Shown here piece after piece: positions 35,402 to 44,626 of a stretch of DNA of 64,000 bases. The stretch is from Ignavibacteriaceae bacterium (GTDB taxonomy: Bacteria; Bacteroidota; Ignavibacteria; Ignavibacteriales; Ignavibacteriaceae). Location: the NCBI GenBank assembly GCA_036795455.1, contig DAIRET010000002.1, forward strand, positions 15,325 to 79,324, written 5' to 3'. Position numbers and translations under genes: made by a program. Every line of letters starts with the position of its first letter. Position 1 is the first letter of the stretch. The notes under the pieces were generated by a model, which saw only the letters and a program-made list of their open reading frames with translations, did not search any database and was not told the origin of the DNA.

Positions 35402-36733
35402 TTAAAGCAAAGGTTCTTCTATTATGTGAAATAATCTTTGCACTGTTTCATCAAACTTTGCGTGATCGTCATAATTTTGTTTAAGAAATGTTCTTAAATC
35501 ATTTATTTTTGAAAGAGCGTGATCAATCTGCGGGTTACTACCGCGTACATAAGCCCCGATATTGATTAGGTCTTCTGCTTCGTTATATGTTGCAAGAATT
35601 TCATTAAATAACCCGACTCTTTTCCTATGTTCCTGTGAAACTATATCCGGCATAACACGGCTTATGCTTTGCAGCGGATCAATTGCCGGGAACTGCGCTT
35701 TATTCGCCAGCCTTCTTGAAAGTACTATGTGTCCGTCCAGTATCGATCTCACTGCGTCTGCAACCGGTTCGGTCATATCGTCGCCGTCTACAAGTACTGT
35801 ATAAAAACCAGTAATAGAACCTTTCGACGAAGTCCCTGCTCTTTCAAGCAGTTTCGGCAGAAGAGCAAAAACTGAAGGAGTATACCCTTTTGTCGTCGGT
35901 GGTTCGCCTACTGTTAAACCGATTTCTCTTTGCGACATAGCGAAGCGCGTAACCGAATCCATCATCAAAACAACATCTTTTCCCTGGTCGCGAAAGTATT
36001 CTGCAATCGTTGTTCCGATGTATGCGGCTTTCACTCTTAGCAAAGCCGATTTATCGCTTGTAGCAACAACAAGCACGGATCTCTTCAAACCTTCTTCTCC
36101 GAGGTCTTTCTCTATAAACTCCCTTACTTCTCTTCCTCTTTCACCGACAAGAACTATAACATTCACATCTGCATTTGTATTTCGGGCAATCATGCCGAGT
36201 AAAACACTTTTACCGACGCCGCTGCCCGCAAATATTCCAACTCTCTGCCCTTTGCCGCATGTCAATAATCCGTCTATTGCTCTTATTCCGGTTTGAAGCG
36301 GTTCCGAGATTCTACTTCTTTGAAGCGGGTTAGGCGGTTCACTATAAATATCTGTAAACCGGTCAATTTCCAAATCTGCTAAATCATCTATCGGATTCCC
36401 GAGTCCGTCAATTACACGTCCGAGAAGATTATCGCTTATTGCAACTTTGAAAGATTCGCCTGTAGCAAGAATCTCGCAGTGCGGTGATACATTTTTCATC
36501 TCTCCGAGTGCGATAGAAACTACTTTACCGTCTTTAAATCCAACGACTTCCGATTTACCGACTTCGTTCCCTTCTCTATCAATTATAGAACAAATTTCTC
36601 CAAGTTTTACATTTGGTCCGATTGATTGAACGACAAAACCTACTACATCGGTAATCCTGCCGTGTAGTTTTATCAAATCATTCGAATTGATTATGCGTGA
36701 ATATTTTTCGATATATAAATCAGCTATTTCCAC
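35402..36733 (-). CDS. fliI: flagellum-specific ATPase FliI
   Basis: Walker A GIFAGSGVGKSVLLGMI and Walker B VVLMMDSVTRFA. F1/T3SS ATPase homology throughout. Confidence 0.96.
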   Translation of the reverse strand: MEIADLYIEKYSRIINSNDLIKLHGRITDVVGFVVQSIGPNVKLGEICSIIDREGNEVGKSEVVGFKDGKVVSIALGEMKNVSPHCEILATGESFKVAISDNLLGRVIDGLGNPIDDLADLEIDRFTDIYSEPPNPLQRSRISEPLQTGIRAIDGLLTCGKGQRVGIFAGSGVGKSVLLGMIARNTNADVNVIVLVGERGREVREFIEKDLGEEGLKRSVLVVATSDKSALLRVKAAYIGTTIAEYFRDQGKDVVLMMDSVTRFAMSQREIGLTVGEPPTTKGYTPSVFALLPKLLERAGTSSKGSITGFYTVLVDGDDMTEPVADAVRSILDGHIVLSRRLANKAQFPAIDPLQSISRVMPDIVSQEHRKRVGLFNEILATYNEAEDLINIGAYVRGSNPQIDHALSKINDLRTFLKQNYDDHAKFDETVQRLFHIIEEPLL

Positions 36734-37379
36734 TTAAATCTCTGTCTTTACCTTCGAATGCTTTTCTCAATAATTCAAGTTGAGAATCAATTCTTGCGTC
36801 AACATTCCCGATTTCGGTTTCAATAAAACAGCCGCCACGCTCTACTTTTTGAGTAATGTCAAAATTGATTTTCGTAAATTTATTACCTGCCAACCCGTCA
36901 TAATCCGATGGCGTTAAAAGTTGGTAGTCTTCAGGGTTCAGTCTTATTACTATTTCATTGGCTCCGATAATTTTTTGTGCTGCAGATTTAATAAGAGCTA
37001 ACATTGATTCCTTTTCGGGTATATGGCTTTGAATTACTTTTTCTGCAATCTTTAATGATACTTCCGCAACTATATGGTCGAATGAGGATTCATAATTAGA
37101 AATTTTTTCTTCCAGGCTCGAAAGAATTTTTATAAACTCTTCCGATTTTTTCAACATTTCATTTGTGTTTTCTTGTTCCAGGTCTTCTTTTGCCTGCTCG
37201 TACCCGCGGTTGAATCCTTCTTCAAATCTTTTTTCGAATTCTTTGTTAAGTTCTTCTACCGGATTAGTTTTTTGTTCCGGTTTGTTTTCAACTTCGTAAA
37301 GAAGATCAACGTTTGCAGAAAATTTCTGCGGTTTACATTTAAGTTTAATTACCTCAGACATAAACCTCTTCCGAACCAC
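36720..37379 (-). CDS. fliH: flagellar assembly protein FliH
   Basis: Charged coiled-coil N terminus. C-terminal IVIRLNPEDYQLL...GGCFIETEIGNVDARIDSQLELL. The probable start is MSEVIKLK at 37361. Confidence 0.85.
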   Translation of the reverse strand: MVRKRFMSEVIKLKCKPQKFSANVDLLYEVENKPEQKTNPVEELNKEFEKRFEEGFNRGYEQAKEDLEQENTNEMLKKSEEFIKILSSLEEKISNYESSFDHIVAEVSLKIAEKVIQSHIPEKESMLALIKSAAQKIIGANEIVIRLNPEDYQLLTPSDYDGLAGNKFTKINFDITQKVERGGCFIETEIGNVDARIDSQLELLRKAFEGKDRDLSGNS

Positions 37380-38397
37380 CGCGGAGATTTACACTTATTT
37401 CTCCCTGATCTTCAAGACTTTTAATTATGTCAACAACCCTTGCCTGTGCGGATTCTACTTCTTTTAATTTAACCGGTCCCATATACTGCAATTCTTCTTT
37501 CAGAAGGTCTGCTGCTCTTTCGGACATATTAGAAAATATTTTTGTTTTCAATCTTTCATCCGCAGTTTTCAATGCAAGAGCAAGGTCTTTTCTATCAACT
37601 TCTTTAAGAATTCTTTGAATATCTTTGTTTTGAATATGAACAATATCCTCGAAAAGGAACATTAAACGCTTTACTTCAAGTGCTATGTCCGCATCTATTT
37701 CCTGCATCTTTGCAAGTATTTCTTTGCTGACCCCGACATTTGTACGGTTAAGAATATTTGCGAGACTTTTAGGTCCGCCTATCTGGCGGGCCGATTGACT
37801 AATTGAAACACCGGCAAGTTCATCAACTACTTTTTCTATCTGTTTCAAAGTTTGCGGAGATATTTTTCCAAGCGCCGCAATTCTGTACGCTACATCAATC
37901 CTTACCTCTTCCGGAAGTTCTTTTAATGCAGCAGCAGTCTGCTCCGGATTAAGATGAGACAATATTAATGCTATTGTTTGTGGATGTTCTTTGCTTAAAA
38001 AATTTATAAGTTGTGTTGAATCCGCTTTTTTCAAAACGTCAAATCCATGCAGAGTAGTAATACTCTTTACTTTTTCAATTATCTCAAGTGCTTTTGATAG
38101 CCCGAAAGATTTTTCAAGGATTTCCTGCGCAACTTCAATACCGCCTTCAAGTACAAACTCGCGTGCTGTAATCATACCGTAATAATCGTTCATTACATTG
38201 TCGACAACATTGCTTGGAGTACTGCGGACTTTTGTAATTTCCGCTGAAATCAATTCTACGTCGGCATTATCCAAGTATTTAAATACTCTTGCAGCGACTT
38301 CCGGGTCCATACCAAGCATTAGTAATGCGGCTTTTTGGGCTCCGTTTAATTGATTAGCAAGGCTCTCTTTCAGAGCGGTTTGTTCTTTAGTACTCAT
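37354..38397 (-). CDS. fliG: flagellar motor switch protein FliG
   Basis: LNGAQKAALLMLGMDPEVAARVFKYL, MFLFEDI and the torque-helix region LKEVESAQARVVDIIKSLEDQGEI. Confidence 0.95.
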   Translation of the reverse strand: MSTKEQTALKESLANQLNGAQKAALLMLGMDPEVAARVFKYLDNADVELISAEITKVRSTPSNVVDNVMNDYYGMITAREFVLEGGIEVAQEILEKSFGLSKALEIIEKVKSITTLHGFDVLKKADSTQLINFLSKEHPQTIALILSHLNPEQTAAALKELPEEVRIDVAYRIAALGKISPQTLKQIEKVVDELAGVSISQSARQIGGPKSLANILNRTNVGVSKEILAKMQEIDADIALEVKRLMFLFEDIVHIQNKDIQRILKEVDRKDLALALKTADERLKTKIFSNMSERAADLLKEELQYMGPVKLKEVESAQARVVDIIKSLEDQGEISVNLRGGSEEVYV

Positions 38398-39988
38398 CTT
38401 CTTTCAACCACAAATTGATTAGTTTAGCAGCTTCAGCCGGATTTTGTCCTACGTAGTTGACAATTTTCTCCTGCCTTATCTTTTTACTTATAGCTTCATC
38501 GCTAATTTCGTCTTCAATATCACCAATTTCTATAACCGGTTTCCTTTTTCGGGATGCTGGTTTTTGAACTATTTCCATCTTTCCCCCTTCTGCCTGCATG
38601 TCATCATTTGCATAACTACCGGGTTGCCTTACCGTACCGATTATTATTTTTTCATTTTTCAAACGTTTTAGCAATCCTTTTAATACAAACATTGCCGCAA
38701 GAATTGATGCTATTACTATAATTATGTTTGAAATATCGTCCATATTTCCGAACGGAGAAGATTCCGTATCCATTGTTCCTTTATATTCCTGTGATTCAAA
38801 AGGAATGCTAACAACCGACACTATATCGTTTCTTTCGGGGTTATAACCAACCGACTGCATTATAACCGGTTCTAATTTCTTAAGCTGTTCATCAGGGCGA
38901 GGTTCAACTACTGTTTCTACCTGGTCCCCTTTTTTAATTTCTTTTGTTATACCGTTGATTACTGCGGCAACAGTAATCCTTTTTATGTTACCAGTTCCTT
39001 CGATAACTCTTTGAACGGTTTTACTTACTTCGTAATTGGTAATGTTATTTTCGTTATTCAGTGCAGTTGAATCGCTTATTGATCTTCCGCCCGATTCAGA
39101 TTTTGTAATTTGCTCGCTTATTATTACCTGTGATTCCGGGTCAAAAGTTTCCATGGTTTTTTCAACCTGGTTGAAATCAAGGTCGACGTTTATTTTAATA
39201 ATTGAATTTCCGTAGCCAAGAACGTTATCGAGGATGCTTTGAGCTTTATTTGCAAGATAGTTTTCAACATTATTTTTAAGTTCATACTGCTTGCTTGAAA
39301 TTGCTCCAAGCGAATTATCTTCAGATTCTTCAGAAAGTAATCGTCCTTTAGAATCAACTATTGTAACTTTATTCGGTTTTAAACCTTCAACACTGCTTGC
39401 GATAAGATGCGAAATTGCAAGGACGCTTTTCTTCGGCAGGTCGGCAGTATTTTTCAACTTAAGCACAACCGATGCCGTTGGGTCTTTTTGTTCATCGCGA
39501 AAAACGCTTTTCGCCGGAAAAACTATATGCACTCTTGCAGCTTCGATATTTGATTGTTGAAGAATTGTTCTTGCAAGTTCTCCTTCAAGAGCGCGTTTAT
39601 AACTTAGTTTCTGCATGAATTCCGACATACCCATTGTATTTTTATCGAAAATCTCGTACCCGACTATTCCCGAATTAGGAACTCCTTTTGCTGCCAGAGC
39701 CAGTCTCATTTCGTACAGTTTCTCTTTCGGTATTCTGATAGTCTGCCCGTTATCTTCTATTTTATAGGGAATCTTCTGTTCAGTTAAATGTTCAATTACC
39801 TGCGAAGCATCTTCTGATGCAAGGTTTGTGTACAAAGCTGAATAATTCGGCTCGTTAAGAAAGAACATTACAACTATAAGAAAGAAAAATGACAGAACTA
39901 CCAATCCGCCTATCAGTAAACGCTGCGAGATCGATAGCTTGTTAAAAATTTGAATTAAAGGCTGAAGAAGTTTTTTTCCTTGTTCCAC
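38387..39988 (-). CDS. fliF: flagellar MS-ring protein FliF
   Basis: 533 aa. N-terminal TM, YSALYTNLASEDASQVIEHLTEQKIPYKIEDNGQTIRIP, a second TM near the C terminus, then a FliG-binding tail. Confidence 0.94.
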   Translation of the reverse strand: MEQGKKLLQPLIQIFNKLSISQRLLIGGLVVLSFFFLIVVMFFLNEPNYSALYTNLASEDASQVIEHLTEQKIPYKIEDNGQTIRIPKEKLYEMRLALAAKGVPNSGIVGYEIFDKNTMGMSEFMQKLSYKRALEGELARTILQQSNIEAARVHIVFPAKSVFRDEQKDPTASVVLKLKNTADLPKKSVLAISHLIASSVEGLKPNKVTIVDSKGRLLSEESEDNSLGAISSKQYELKNNVENYLANKAQSILDNVLGYGNSIIKINVDLDFNQVEKTMETFDPESQVIISEQITKSESGGRSISDSTALNNENNITNYEVSKTVQRVIEGTGNIKRITVAAVINGITKEIKKGDQVETVVEPRPDEQLKKLEPVIMQSVGYNPERNDIVSVVSIPFESQEYKGTMDTESSPFGNMDDISNIIIVIASILAAMFVLKGLLKRLKNEKIIIGTVRQPGSYANDDMQAEGGKMEIVQKPASRKRKPVIEIGDIEDEISDEAISKKIRQEKIVNYVGQNPAEAAKLINLWLKEDEY

Positions 39989-39992
39989 TTTA

Positions 39993-40280
39993 CTACTGCA
40001 TTCTTGTTAATTCTTTATACATATCAATTGATTTATTTCTAATTTCCATTAGAAGTTCGAGGCTTGTTTTCGCTTTTTCCCCGGCTATCATAACTTCGTG
40101 AAGTTCAACACCTTTTCCTTCAATAAAGTCCTGAAGCATATTTTTGGATTCCGACTGTTCCATGTTTACCTGTTTAACAAAGCCTGTAAAAATGTTATCG
40201 AAGTTTGAAACTTTATCGGTTTCTAATTTTTTAACCTGGTTTACTGCCGGGTTCCAGCCTGAAAGAGCACCTATTTTCAT
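39993..40280 (-). CDS. fliE: flagellar hook-basal body protein FliE
   Basis: 95 aa. C-terminal LHEVMIAGEKAKTSLELLMEIRNKSIDMYKELTRMQ. Confidence 0.9.
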   Translation of the reverse strand: MKIGALSGWNPAVNQVKKLETDKVSNFDNIFTGFVKQVNMEQSESKNMLQDFIEGKGVELHEVMIAGEKAKTSLELLMEIRNKSIDMYKELTRMQ

Positions 40281-40281
40281 T

Positions 40282-40509
40282 TTATCCTCTCCTATCGAAT
40301 ATTGAACCGATTGAAACCCCGGACATTTTTCCGCTTCTTTGATAAAAATGATAATCCATTATTGTATCCTTGTTACCGGGATACAGACCTGAAAAGAAAG
40401 CTTTTTCTTCTTTTGATACTGTATTTTCCGCAACGATTTTGGGTGATTGATTAACCATTGCAGTTCTTACGATATTATAGTTTCCTATTGAGTTTTCAGC
40501 GATTTTCAT
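40282..40509 (-). CDS. orphan 75-aa ORF inserted between flgC and fliE
   Basis: MKIAENSIGNYNIVRTAMVNQSPKIVAENTVSKEEKAFFSGLYPGNKDTIMDYHFYQRSGKMSGVSIGSIFDRRG. The ATG lies 1 nt after the flgC stop (TAA-T-ATG) and the stop lies 1 nt before the fliE ATG. The track's longer 84-aa form would overlap flgC. Confidence 0.5.
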   Translation of the reverse strand: MKIAENSIGNYNIVRTAMVNQSPKIVAENTVSKEEKAFFSGLYPGNKDTIMDYHFYQRSGKMSGVSIGSIFDRRG

Positions 40510-40510
40510 A

Positions 40511-41008
40511 TTACATGTCCAGTGTGTCTTTAGCAATTTGTTTTGATGCGTTAAAAGCTGTTAAATTAGCTTCGTATCCTCTTGTAGCGGCAATCATATC
40601 TACCATTTCAGTTACCACATTAACGTTGGGCATAAGAACGTAACCGTTTTCATTTGCATCCGGGTGTTCCGGCATATAAACCATATCGCCCATAGTGGGG
40701 TCGTCTACTTCCATTCCGCTAATATCATAATTTGAGCCTGTACTGATACCGGCGCTTTTTGCTGTTCCCCGGATATGATTATCGCTTGTTGCTTTAAGCG
40801 GTATAAATTGCTGCGGTTCAATTGCTTTTGCAACATCGTTACCTGTTGTTGCAATTTTTAATATTTTTCTTTTATAAGGAACTCCTTCGCCTGTTTTTGT
40901 GCTATCTATATTAGCAAGATTTTTAGCGACCATATCCATTTTTTTTCTTTGAATGTTCATTCCAAGAGAGCTATAGTCAAACCCGTTAAAATTAGTGTTA
41001 ATTTTCAT
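40511..41008 (-). CDS. flgC: flagellar proximal rod protein FlgC
   Basis: LGMNIQRKKMDMVAKNLANIDSTKT and C-terminal GYVLMPNVNVVTEMVDMIAATRGYEANLTAFNASKQIAKDTLDM. Confidence 0.94.
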   Translation of the reverse strand: MKINTNFNGFDYSSLGMNIQRKKMDMVAKNLANIDSTKTGEGVPYKRKILKIATTGNDVAKAIEPQQFIPLKATSDNHIRGTAKSAGISTGSNYDISGMEVDDPTMGDMVYMPEHPDANENGYVLMPNVNVVTEMVDMIAATRGYEANLTAFNASKQIAKDTLDM

Positions 41009-41397
41009 GCACGTCCTCCTTTAATTACGCTTTGAACATTTTTAAAGTATCCGCTAAGTTTTCTTACGGCAAATTTGAACACGATAGTATTTTCTGCGAG
41101 ATCCGCCATTTCTTTTTCAATATCAACATTATTAACGCCCGAATACATCTCCCCGGCTGAGTTTTTAACAACATTCAGATTATTCTCCAATCCTTCAGGC
41201 TTTTGCGGCGTGATGTGCTTCTGGCTGGTAATGTTTAGATTGTTATTTGCACTGCCGGATAAAAAATCCTGGAAAGAGACTTCTTCCCGGACATAATTCT
41301 CTGTTGAAAGGTTAGCAATATTTTTATTGATCACCTTTTGTTTAAGAGAGGTATACCCGACTAGTTTTTCAAGCATTCCAAGTGTTGGTTCAGACAT
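41005..41397 (-). CDS. flgB: flagellar proximal rod protein FlgB
   Basis: LKQKVINKNIANLSTENYVREEVSF and C-terminal VDIEKEMADLAENTIVFKFAVRKL. Overlaps flgC by 4 nt. Confidence 0.92.
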   Translation of the reverse strand: MSEPTLGMLEKLVGYTSLKQKVINKNIANLSTENYVREEVSFQDFLSGSANNNLNITSQKHITPQKPEGLENNLNVVKNSAGEMYSGVNNVDIEKEMADLAENTIVFKFAVRKLSGYFKNVQSVIKGGRA

Positions 41398-41426
41398 TAG
41401 TTTTCCATTTCTTTTTTATTATACTT

Positions 41427-41443
41427 TGGCAAAACTAATGCCA
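41427..41443 (-). promoter_or_regulatory. sigma-54-type -24/-12 promoter candidate for the flgB-to-flgE operon
   Basis: The minus strand reads TGGCAT-TAGTT-TTGC (consensus TGGCAC-N5-TTGC), with GG and GC at the canonical spacing. It ends 30 nt before the flgB ATG, is preceded by GGAATCCCCG, and sits in the only gap (121 nt) between the che and flg genes. Confidence 0.55.
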
Positions 41444-41518
41444 CGGGGATTCCGTTAAATTTTGTCTAAAAATGTAGTGGTAGGAGATTGAGAATGGCTA
41501 AAATTCTACAAATGTTAA

Positions 41519-41767
41519 TTATTCGGCAAAGTAATCGAACTGGATCGTTTTAGTTTCACCGCAGGAACAAACGAATTTTATTTCTTTAATGTTTTCGTTT
41601 TCGTCCTTTTTCAGCAACACTTTAATCCCGTCTTTGCTTTCTTCTTCAACCGTAATTGATACATTCCCCGTAACTTTAACGTCTTTTGATTTAATTAAAG
41701 CATCTTTTTTTGATACTTCGCGCGGAGTAATTTCGATAAATCTATAGTTTTCAAATTCACTTTTCAT
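41519..41767 (-). CDS. small hypothetical protein with a CxC motif at the end of the che operon
   Basis: The likely form is MKSEFENYRFIEITPREVSKKD...IKFVCSCGETKTIQFDYFAE (82 aa), starting 11 nt inside the cheB 3' end. No recognisable domain. Confidence 0.45.
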   Translation of the reverse strand: MKSEFENYRFIEITPREVSKKDALIKSKDVKVTGNVSITVEEESKDGIKVLLKKDENENIKEIKFVCSCGETKTIQFDYFAE

Positions 41768-42839
41768 TTGCCATAACCCTATTAATTGTAACCGGTATTC
41801 TTTCAATCGGAAGCACAACGTCTGCTAACCCTGCATCAACAATAGCTTTCGGCATACCATAAACGACACACGTTTCTTCATCCTGGGCAATTGCATGACC
41901 GCCGATACTTTTTAACTCTGTAATTCCTTCGAGCCCGTCCCGTCCCATTCCCGTCATTATTACCCCCAAAGTATATTTGCCGTAAACTTTATTGACTGAA
42001 TCGAGCATAACGTCAACGGATGGTTTATTCAATGAATCTTTAGGTTCATCCGATATTTCAATTCTTACATTAGAAGGAGAACTACCGCGAACTTTCAGGT
42101 GTCTTCCTCCCTGCGCAATATACACAATATTCGATTTTATGTTTTCACCATCTTCCGCCTCTTTTACTTCAAGCTTGCTCATTCCGTTCAGTCTGTCTGC
42201 GAGTGATTTTGTGAACTTCGGAGGCATATGTTGAACTACGAAAACCGGGCAGTTAATTTTTTCCGATAATTGCGGAATTACTTTTTGTAATGCGAATGGA
42301 CCCCCGGTTGAAATCCCTATTGCGAGGGCTTTGTAAGCCATCAAAGGTAAATCCTGTATAATCGATGTTACTGAAGCAGGTCTTCTATATGCTGGACTTG
42401 CCGCTTGAAGCCTTTGCATCCGTTTCTTAAACTTATTCTGGCTTATAATAGCTTTAACCTTTTTAATAAGGTCATCTTTTATTTTTGTAATATTAACGCT
42501 TACGAAGGACATTTCTTTCGGGATAAAATCAACTGCCCCCAATTCCATAGCTTTAATTGTAGCTTCGGCTCCTTCGGATGTTAATGAGCTGACCATTATT
42601 ACCGGGGTAGGACAATCCGCCATAATCTTTTTTAATGCTGCAAGCCCATCCATTTTCGGCATTTCAACGTCAAGAGTAATTAGGTCCGGTTTTAATTTGC
42701 ACGCCTGATTATATCCGTCAAGTCCATCCCTTGCGGTTCCAATAATCTTAATTTGTGGATCGGATTCCAATAAAATGGAAAGAGATTTCCGCATGAATGC
42801 TGAATCATCTACTACTAAAACTTTAATAAAATCTTCCAC
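41757..42839 (-). CDS. cheB: chemotaxis methylesterase/deamidase CheB (REC + esterase)
   Basis: VLVVDDSAFMR, ITLDVEMPKMDG, ALAIGISTGGP, VVQHMP and IAQDEETCVVYGMP. Confidence 0.95.
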   Translation of the reverse strand: MEDFIKVLVVDDSAFMRKSLSILLESDPQIKIIGTARDGLDGYNQACKLKPDLITLDVEMPKMDGLAALKKIMADCPTPVIMVSSLTSEGAEATIKAMELGAVDFIPKEMSFVSVNITKIKDDLIKKVKAIISQNKFKKRMQRLQAASPAYRRPASVTSIIQDLPLMAYKALAIGISTGGPFALQKVIPQLSEKINCPVFVVQHMPPKFTKSLADRLNGMSKLEVKEAEDGENIKSNIVYIAQGGRHLKVRGSSPSNVRIEISDEPKDSLNKPSVDVMLDSVNKVYGKYTLGVIMTGMGRDGLEGITELKSIGGHAIAQDEETCVVYGMPKAIVDAGLADVVLPIERIPVTINRVMANEK

Positions 42840-42842
42840 TCT

Positions 42843-44624
42843 TTACACTCTAAGTTTATTAATTATTTCTGATAGGTCCAAAATTACAACAACTTTTCCG
42901 TCCCCCATAATTGTTGAACCTGCAATTCCTTCTATATTTCCTAAATAAGCACCGAGAGATTTAATCACAACTTCTTTTTGACCAAGTAAGAAATCAACTT
43001 TAATTCCGAATGTTTTTTCTGCCAGTCCGACAATCACCACGTATTGCCATTTCTTCTCTTCAACCGAATCCTCTTTATAAAGAATTCCGCTAATATCAAT
43101 TAAAGGAATTACACTTTCACGCAGTTTAATAACTTCTTTCTGGTTTACTGTATAAATCTGTTCATTATTCACTCTTATTACTTCAAGCACAGAGTTCAGA
43201 GGAATCACTATTGTCTCTGCATTTATCTGGACGAGTAATCCTTGAATTATTGCAAGTGTAAGAGGAAGTTTTATAACAATTTTGGTTCCCTGCCCCACAG
43301 TTGAATCAACATTAATAATACCACGCAGTTTTGTAACATTCGTTTTTACAACGTCCATACCGACACCTCTGCCGGAGACATTTGTTACTTTTTCTGCTGT
43401 CGAAAAGCCGGGGACAAAAATTAGACCGAAAACCTCATTCTTTGAGAGTTCATCTGCCCTTGCTTGCGTTATTAAGCCTTTGCTAATTGCCTTAGCTTTA
43501 ATAAAATCCGGGTTAATTCCTTTCCCGTCATCTTCAACAGTGATTATTATATTATTCCCTTCATGCTCTGCCGAAAGCGTAACTATACCTTTTGCGTTTT
43601 TTCCTTTGCTAACTCTTTCTTCCGGGCTTTCAACTCCATGGTCAACCGAGTTTCTTACAAGATGAACGAGAGGGTCGTTGATTTCTTCGATCAAGGTTTT
43701 ATCGAGCTCGGTTTCTTCTCCTTTTATAACAAGCTCAATATCTTTGTGCATTTCTTTGCATAAATCTCTAATCAACCTGGGGAACCGGTTAAAGACTTTA
43801 CCGATTTTAACCATTCTTGTTTTCATAACCGCAAGTTGAAGTTCGGTTGTCATAATATCGATTTGCCTTGTTGCTTCCGAAAGGTCTTTTACAAGTTTCG
43901 TCCCTTCATATTGTAATGAAGCGTCCTGGTGAATTTGCGTAAGCCTGTTTCTTCCAAGTACTAATTCGGAAACTATATTAACAAGATTATCAAGCCTTTC
44001 TACGTCCACACGGATTGAGTTATCAACTCTTTTTTGAGTAATAATATCAGCTGTTCTCTTAGCCGCGGCGGCATTTTCTTTCGTTTCTTCCTGTTTAACA
44101 TCATTAACCGGTGATTCCGGTTCTTCTACAATTGTAACTTCCGGTTCAGCATCTTTTTCATCTGATAAAACAGGCAGGGTTGGCTCTTCTACCGTACTTT
44201 TTTCTTCTTGTTCAACGAAAAGGTTTTCTAAAATCTGAATTGGAGCAGAAATATCAAAATTTTCGGTAAATGTAGACTCAATGATTTTTAGCAAGGCTTT
44301 CATACTATCAAAAGCAGCTAAGAGGGCGGTCATTATTCTTTCATTAAGCTGGATTTCGTTTTTACGCAGTTTGTTCAGAATGTCTTCGCATCTGTGTGTT
44401 ACTGCAGTCATTTTTTCGAGTCCCAGAAATCCTGATGTCCCTTTAATTGTATGAAATGCTCTAAACACCTTGTTAAGAAGATCTGTGTCGTTTGGTTTTA
44501 TTTCAAGTTCAACAAGTTCAACATCAAGGTTTTCAAAAATTTCTCTTGTTTCAACAATAAAACTGTCGAAAATCTCCTTCATTGAAGGATCGTTAAAAAT
44601 CATGTCTTTGTCTAAGTTTTCCAT
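42843..44624 (-). CDS. cheA: chemotaxis histidine kinase CheA (P1-linker-P3-P4-P5; no obvious P2)
   Basis: Hpt FRAFHTIKGTSGFLGL. An acidic linker runs straight into the dimerisation segment IRVDVERLDNLVNIVSELV. N-box LVHLVRNSVDHG, G1 VEDDGKG and G2 GRGVGMDVV, then a CheW-like C terminus. Confidence 0.93.
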   Translation of the reverse strand: MENLDKDMIFNDPSMKEIFDSFIVETREIFENLDVELVELEIKPNDTDLLNKVFRAFHTIKGTSGFLGLEKMTAVTHRCEDILNKLRKNEIQLNERIMTALLAAFDSMKALLKIIESTFTENFDISAPIQILENLFVEQEEKSTVEEPTLPVLSDEKDAEPEVTIVEEPESPVNDVKQEETKENAAAAKRTADIITQKRVDNSIRVDVERLDNLVNIVSELVLGRNRLTQIHQDASLQYEGTKLVKDLSEATRQIDIMTTELQLAVMKTRMVKIGKVFNRFPRLIRDLCKEMHKDIELVIKGEETELDKTLIEEINDPLVHLVRNSVDHGVESPEERVSKGKNAKGIVTLSAEHEGNNIIITVEDDGKGINPDFIKAKAISKGLITQARADELSKNEVFGLIFVPGFSTAEKVTNVSGRGVGMDVVKTNVTKLRGIINVDSTVGQGTKIVIKLPLTLAIIQGLLVQINAETIVIPLNSVLEVIRVNNEQIYTVNQKEVIKLRESVIPLIDISGILYKEDSVEEKKWQYVVIVGLAEKTFGIKVDFLLGQKEVVIKSLGAYLGNIEGIAGSTIMGDGKVVVILDLSEIINKLRV

Positions 44625-44626
44625 AA

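Noticed and set aside
40282-40536. Longer 84-aa version of the flgC-fliE ORF, and the idea that this ORF or the 79-aa ORF at 18369 is FlgM
   Set aside because: The long form overlaps flgC by 26 nt, whereas the ATG at 40509 gives perfect coupling. Neither small protein shows the helical sigma-28-binding C terminus of FlgM, and the 79-aa one is an integral membrane protein.
41427-41443. The same element read on the plus strand (TGGCAA-AACTA-ATGC) also fits sigma-54 spacing
   Set aside because: The element is quasi-palindromic. The plus-strand reading has a poorer -12 (ATGC versus TTGC) and would fire antisense into the che operon end, with no plus-strand gene downstream.
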